NCBI GenBank assembly: GCA_000004695.1
Contig: CM000151.3
Location: forward strand, 7,424,001-7,488,000
Source of the DNA: Dictyostelium discoideum
Lineage: Eukaryota
DNA length: 64,000 nt
Direction: 5' to 3'
Positions 61,197 to 64,000 of this stretch are shown one piece after another (position 1 is the stretch's first letter; every line of letters starts with the position of its first letter). The notes under the pieces are model-generated. The model saw nothing but the letters and a program-made list of their open reading frames with translations, was not told where the DNA came from and made no database searches. The position numbers and the translations under genes were made by a program.

Positions 61197-62825
61197 TTAG
61201 TGTAAGAAATTTCTATTGCCAGTAAAAACCATTGGAATACCATATTTATTTGCAGCATCAATTACTTCTTGATCACGAATACTACCACCTGGTTGAACGA
61301 TACAAGCGATATTACCTTGATGAGCTAAATCGATTGAATCGGCGAATGGGAAGAAAGCATCAGAAGCCAAAACACTTCCTTTAACTTTATCACCACCAAC
61401 TTTCATACAAATGTCAACAGATTGTGAACGATTTGGTTGACCAGCACCAATGGCAACGATAGTTTCATCCTTTGATAAAACGATAGCATTTGATTTAACA
61501 TGTTTTGAAACTCTCCAAGCGAATAAGAGATCTTTCATTTGTTGTTCAGTTGGTTTATTTTCAGTGACGACCTTCCAATTCTTTGTAGCTTCAGCAAGGT
61601 CACCTCTGATGATTGGATTTGGAGATTGAAGTAAAGCACCACCAGTGATGGTACGAATATCAGGTTGAGTGAATTGAATTTGATTGGCGGCCTCTGGTAT
61701 ACGAAGAATACGTAATTTCTCTTTTTTACTTAACAATGCTAATGCATCTTCGGTGTAATCTGGTGCGATGATAACTTCATAGAAAACACTTTTCAATGCA
61801 GTTGCAGTCTCTAATGTTAAAGTTCTATTGAAACCCAAGATACCACCATAGGCAGATTTTGGGTCACCATTGAAGGCACGTTTATAGACCTCAGCTTGTT
61901 CACTATCATTAACACCCACTGAAAGACCGCATGGATTGGTATGTTTAATGACAACACATGCACATCTATCAAACTCTCTGACTGCTTTCAATGCAGCATC
62001 ACCATCTAAAATATTATTATAAGATAAAGCTGGACCATGTAATAATTGTGCATTTGCAATACCACCTGTACCTGGACATTGATAAAGTGCTGCTTTTTGA
62101 TGTGGATTCTCACCATAACGTAAATCATTCTTCTTTTCATATAATGGTAAAAATGTTTGTGGGAATTCTACATTGACAGATGCTGAATCTGTGCCTTTAA
62201 CACCTTGAATGGTAGTTGCATTTGTTAATTCAACCTTTGAAAGATATTGTGAAACGGCTGCATCATATGAACATCCATGTTGGAATGCTTTTAATGCCAA
62301 TTTCTTTCTCTCTTCCAATGTGATTGAGCTTAAAACATTGGTGGAATCAGTTGATGATTGTATACGCTCACCAATCCATTTATAATCTGATGGATCGACA
62401 ATGATTAAAACATTTTGAAAATTCTTTGATGATGCTCTAATTAATGTGTGTCCGCCAATATCAATATTTTCAATTGCTTCCTCTAATGTTGTTGATTCTT
62501 TTGATACTGTCTCTACGAATGGATATAAATTTACAACTACGATTGAAATTGGTTTAATGTTATATTTATTTAAATCGGCTTGATGATGTGCCAACTCTGG
62601 ACGTGCTAATAAACCACCATGAATCTTTGGATGTAAAGTTTTCACTCTACCATCTAACATCTCTGGATACTCTGTAACATCTGAAACTTGTTGAACTTTT
62701 AATCCATTATCAACCAATGATTTTGCTGTACCACCTGTTGAAATTAAATTAAATCCTTTACTTGAAAGAATCTTTGAAAATTCAACAATACCACTTTTAT
62801 TATAAACACTTAATAATGCTTGCAT
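61197..62825 (-). CDS. purH: Bifunctional purine biosynthesis protein PurH/ATIC (AICAR transformylase / IMP cyclohydrolase)
   Basis: MQALLSVYNKSGIVEFSKIL..GFNLISTGGTAK.. (MGS-like IMPCH domain) followed by the AICARFT domain (..VVIKHTNPCG..; ..ACIVQPGGSIRDQEVIDAANKYGIPMVFTGNRNFLH C-terminus). Confidence 0.9.
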   Translation of the reverse strand: MQALLSVYNKSGIVEFSKILSSKGFNLISTGGTAKSLVDNGLKVQQVSDVTEYPEMLDGRVKTLHPKIHGGLLARPELAHHQADLNKYNIKPISIVVVNLYPFVETVSKESTTLEEAIENIDIGGHTLIRASSKNFQNVLIIVDPSDYKWIGERIQSSTDSTNVLSSITLEERKKLALKAFQHGCSYDAAVSQYLSKVELTNATTIQGVKGTDSASVNVEFPQTFLPLYEKKNDLRYGENPHQKAALYQCPGTGGIANAQLLHGPALSYNNILDGDAALKAVREFDRCACVVIKHTNPCGLSVGVNDSEQAEVYKRAFNGDPKSAYGGILGFNRTLTLETATALKSVFYEVIIAPDYTEDALALLSKKEKLRILRIPEAANQIQFTQPDIRTITGGALLQSPNPIIRGDLAEATKNWKVVTENKPTEQQMKDLLFAWRVSKHVKSNAIVLSKDETIVAIGAGQPNRSQSVDICMKVGGDKVKGSVLASDAFFPFADSIDLAHQGNIACIVQPGGSIRDQEVIDAANKYGIPMVFTGNRNFLH

Positions 62826-63395
62826 TCTTTAATTATTTAATTTAAAAAAAATAAAAAATAAAAAAAAATTAATATTAATTTAAAAAATTATATTATTTTA
62901 TTAAAAAAAAAAAAAAAATAAAAATAAAAAAATAAAAAAAAAAAAAAGTATCCGACGTTTCGTTTCGTTTGGTTGCACTTCATCAAAAAAAAAAAAAATA
63001 AAAAAAAAATAAAAAATAAAAAAAAAAAAAAGTAAAAACAGAAGAGTAAAAATTTTATAGATATAATTACCTTTTTTTTTTTTTTTTTTTTTTATTTATG
63101 TGAACTAACTAATAAATAAAATAATTTGTTGAAAAATAAAAATAAAAATAAAATAAAAAAAAAAAAAAAATTCTCTTGTAGTGGTGTGTGTTAATAAAAT
63201 AAAAATTAAAAAAAAAAAAAAAAAAAAAAATTAAAATTAATTGTGCATTTTACTTCCGTTTTGTTTTGCCGAAATCATGTTTCCAAAAGGAAAATAAAAA
63301 AAAGTGAAAGGGGTGTGAATGATTTTATAAATAAAAATTATTTACACACTGTTTTTTATTTATTTTTATTTTTTTTATTTTTTTATTTTTATTTT

Positions 63396-64000
63396 TTATT
63401 GATTTACTGTTTCCATTAAAAGTTTTGCTCCTTTTAATTCTATTTTTATCATCAAAATAAAATAAAAAAAATTTAAATAATTAGTATTTATTTATTTTAT
63501 TTTATTATTTATTTTTTTTATTATAATTTATAGAATTAACTTACCATAATATAATACATTAAATTTCTTTGCACTAATTTCAAAAGGATGATTAGTAATT
63601 TCATTATTTGAATGATTTTTAACTTTAAAATTTAATTGAACACTTGGAGAATTTACTTCTTGAATTGTATTTGAACTTAGAATGAAATCAACTCTCCAAT
63701 CCAATGAATGTAATGAAGGTAATTTTAAAGTATTATTATGAAAGATTGAACGTAACTTTTCTTTATGTTCTCTGAATGCTCTTGAAATGGAATCACAATG
63801 TTCCTTTGGTAAACCAAGTTGTTGTAATTCGGTTGATAATGTACTTTCATCAACATCATTTTTAACTGAATTAAATATAATAAAATGAATTGCTGCAATT
63901 AATGCTTTAATATCTCCAATTACAAATCCTGCATCTTTAACTAATTTCTCAACTTTTTCAAACTATAATTTAAAAATAATGATAATAATAATAATAATAA
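63396..64000 (-). CDS. COMM-domain protein (COMMD family), 3'-part only; the gene continues beyond the window end. complement(join(63396..63439, 63545..>64000))
   Basis: Minus-strand translation ..LPSLHSLDWRVDFILSSNTIQEVNSPSVQLNFKVKN.. contains the COMM-domain signature (L..DWRVD, alternating hydrophobics). GTAAGT donor at 63544-63539 (phase 1). Candidate terminal micro-exon after ..aaaatag (ELKGAKLLMETVNQ*). Confidence 0.5.

Noticed and set aside
1-64000. Search for CRISPR arrays, operons or prokaryotic defence-system signatures
   Set aside because: The window is eukaryotic (spliceosomal introns, Pol III tRNA genes with ex-B boxes, LINE-like TRE3 elements). All periodic repeats are microsatellites or codon repeats, not spacer-repeat arrays.

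Overview
The window is AT-rich (about 22-25% GC) eukaryotic nuclear DNA. It carries the hallmarks of Dictyostelium discoideum: (AAT)n, (CAA)n and (TTTA)n microsatellites, poly-N and poly-Q coding tracts, short AT-rich GTAAGT...AG introns, and tRNA genes with external B boxes (ex-B) that are targeted by TRE3 non-LTR retrotransposons. It is not a prokaryotic locus. Prokaryote-style systems (CRISPR, operons, defence islands) do not apply and none was found.

Layout:
- The 3' end of a RhoGAP gene.
- A LARP1-like La/DM15 gene.
- A tRNA landing pad (about 6.2-15.9 kb): two identical, inverted tRNA-Ala(UGC) genes and a tRNA-Val(AAC) gene, invaded by at least five TRE3 retrotransposon fragments.
- A gene-dense region encoding, among others:
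  - a protein kinase fused to a dual-specificity-phosphatase-like domain;
  - a poly-Q protein whose ORF is broken inside a (T)16 run;
  - an SP96-like secreted Cys-rich Ser/Ala/Thr-repeat protein;
  - a glutamine-synthetase-like protein;
  - a DRAM/TMEM150-like membrane protein;
  - a DET1 homologue with very large low-complexity insertions;
  - an FAD/NAD(P)-binding oxidoreductase;
  - a coiled-coil protein and a LETM1-like protein;
  - cytochrome b5 and tRNA-dihydrouridine synthase;
  - a tRNA-Arg(ACG) gene;
  - a type-B carboxylesterase;
  - a tandem pair of IPT/EGF transmembrane paralogues, one with an in-frame stop;
  - PurH (ATIC);
  - a COMM-domain gene that runs off the window edge.

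Noteworthy non-genic structure: a duplicated ~0.6 kb block flanking the esterase gene; a pseudo-exon fragment of a neighbouring gene; and conserved ~170 bp 5' flanks on the two tRNA-Ala copies.

Method: splice sites and coordinates were derived by eye from the printed sequence and may be off by a few nt. The ORF track treats TTG and GTG as starts, so several of its 'M' residues are not real ATGs.
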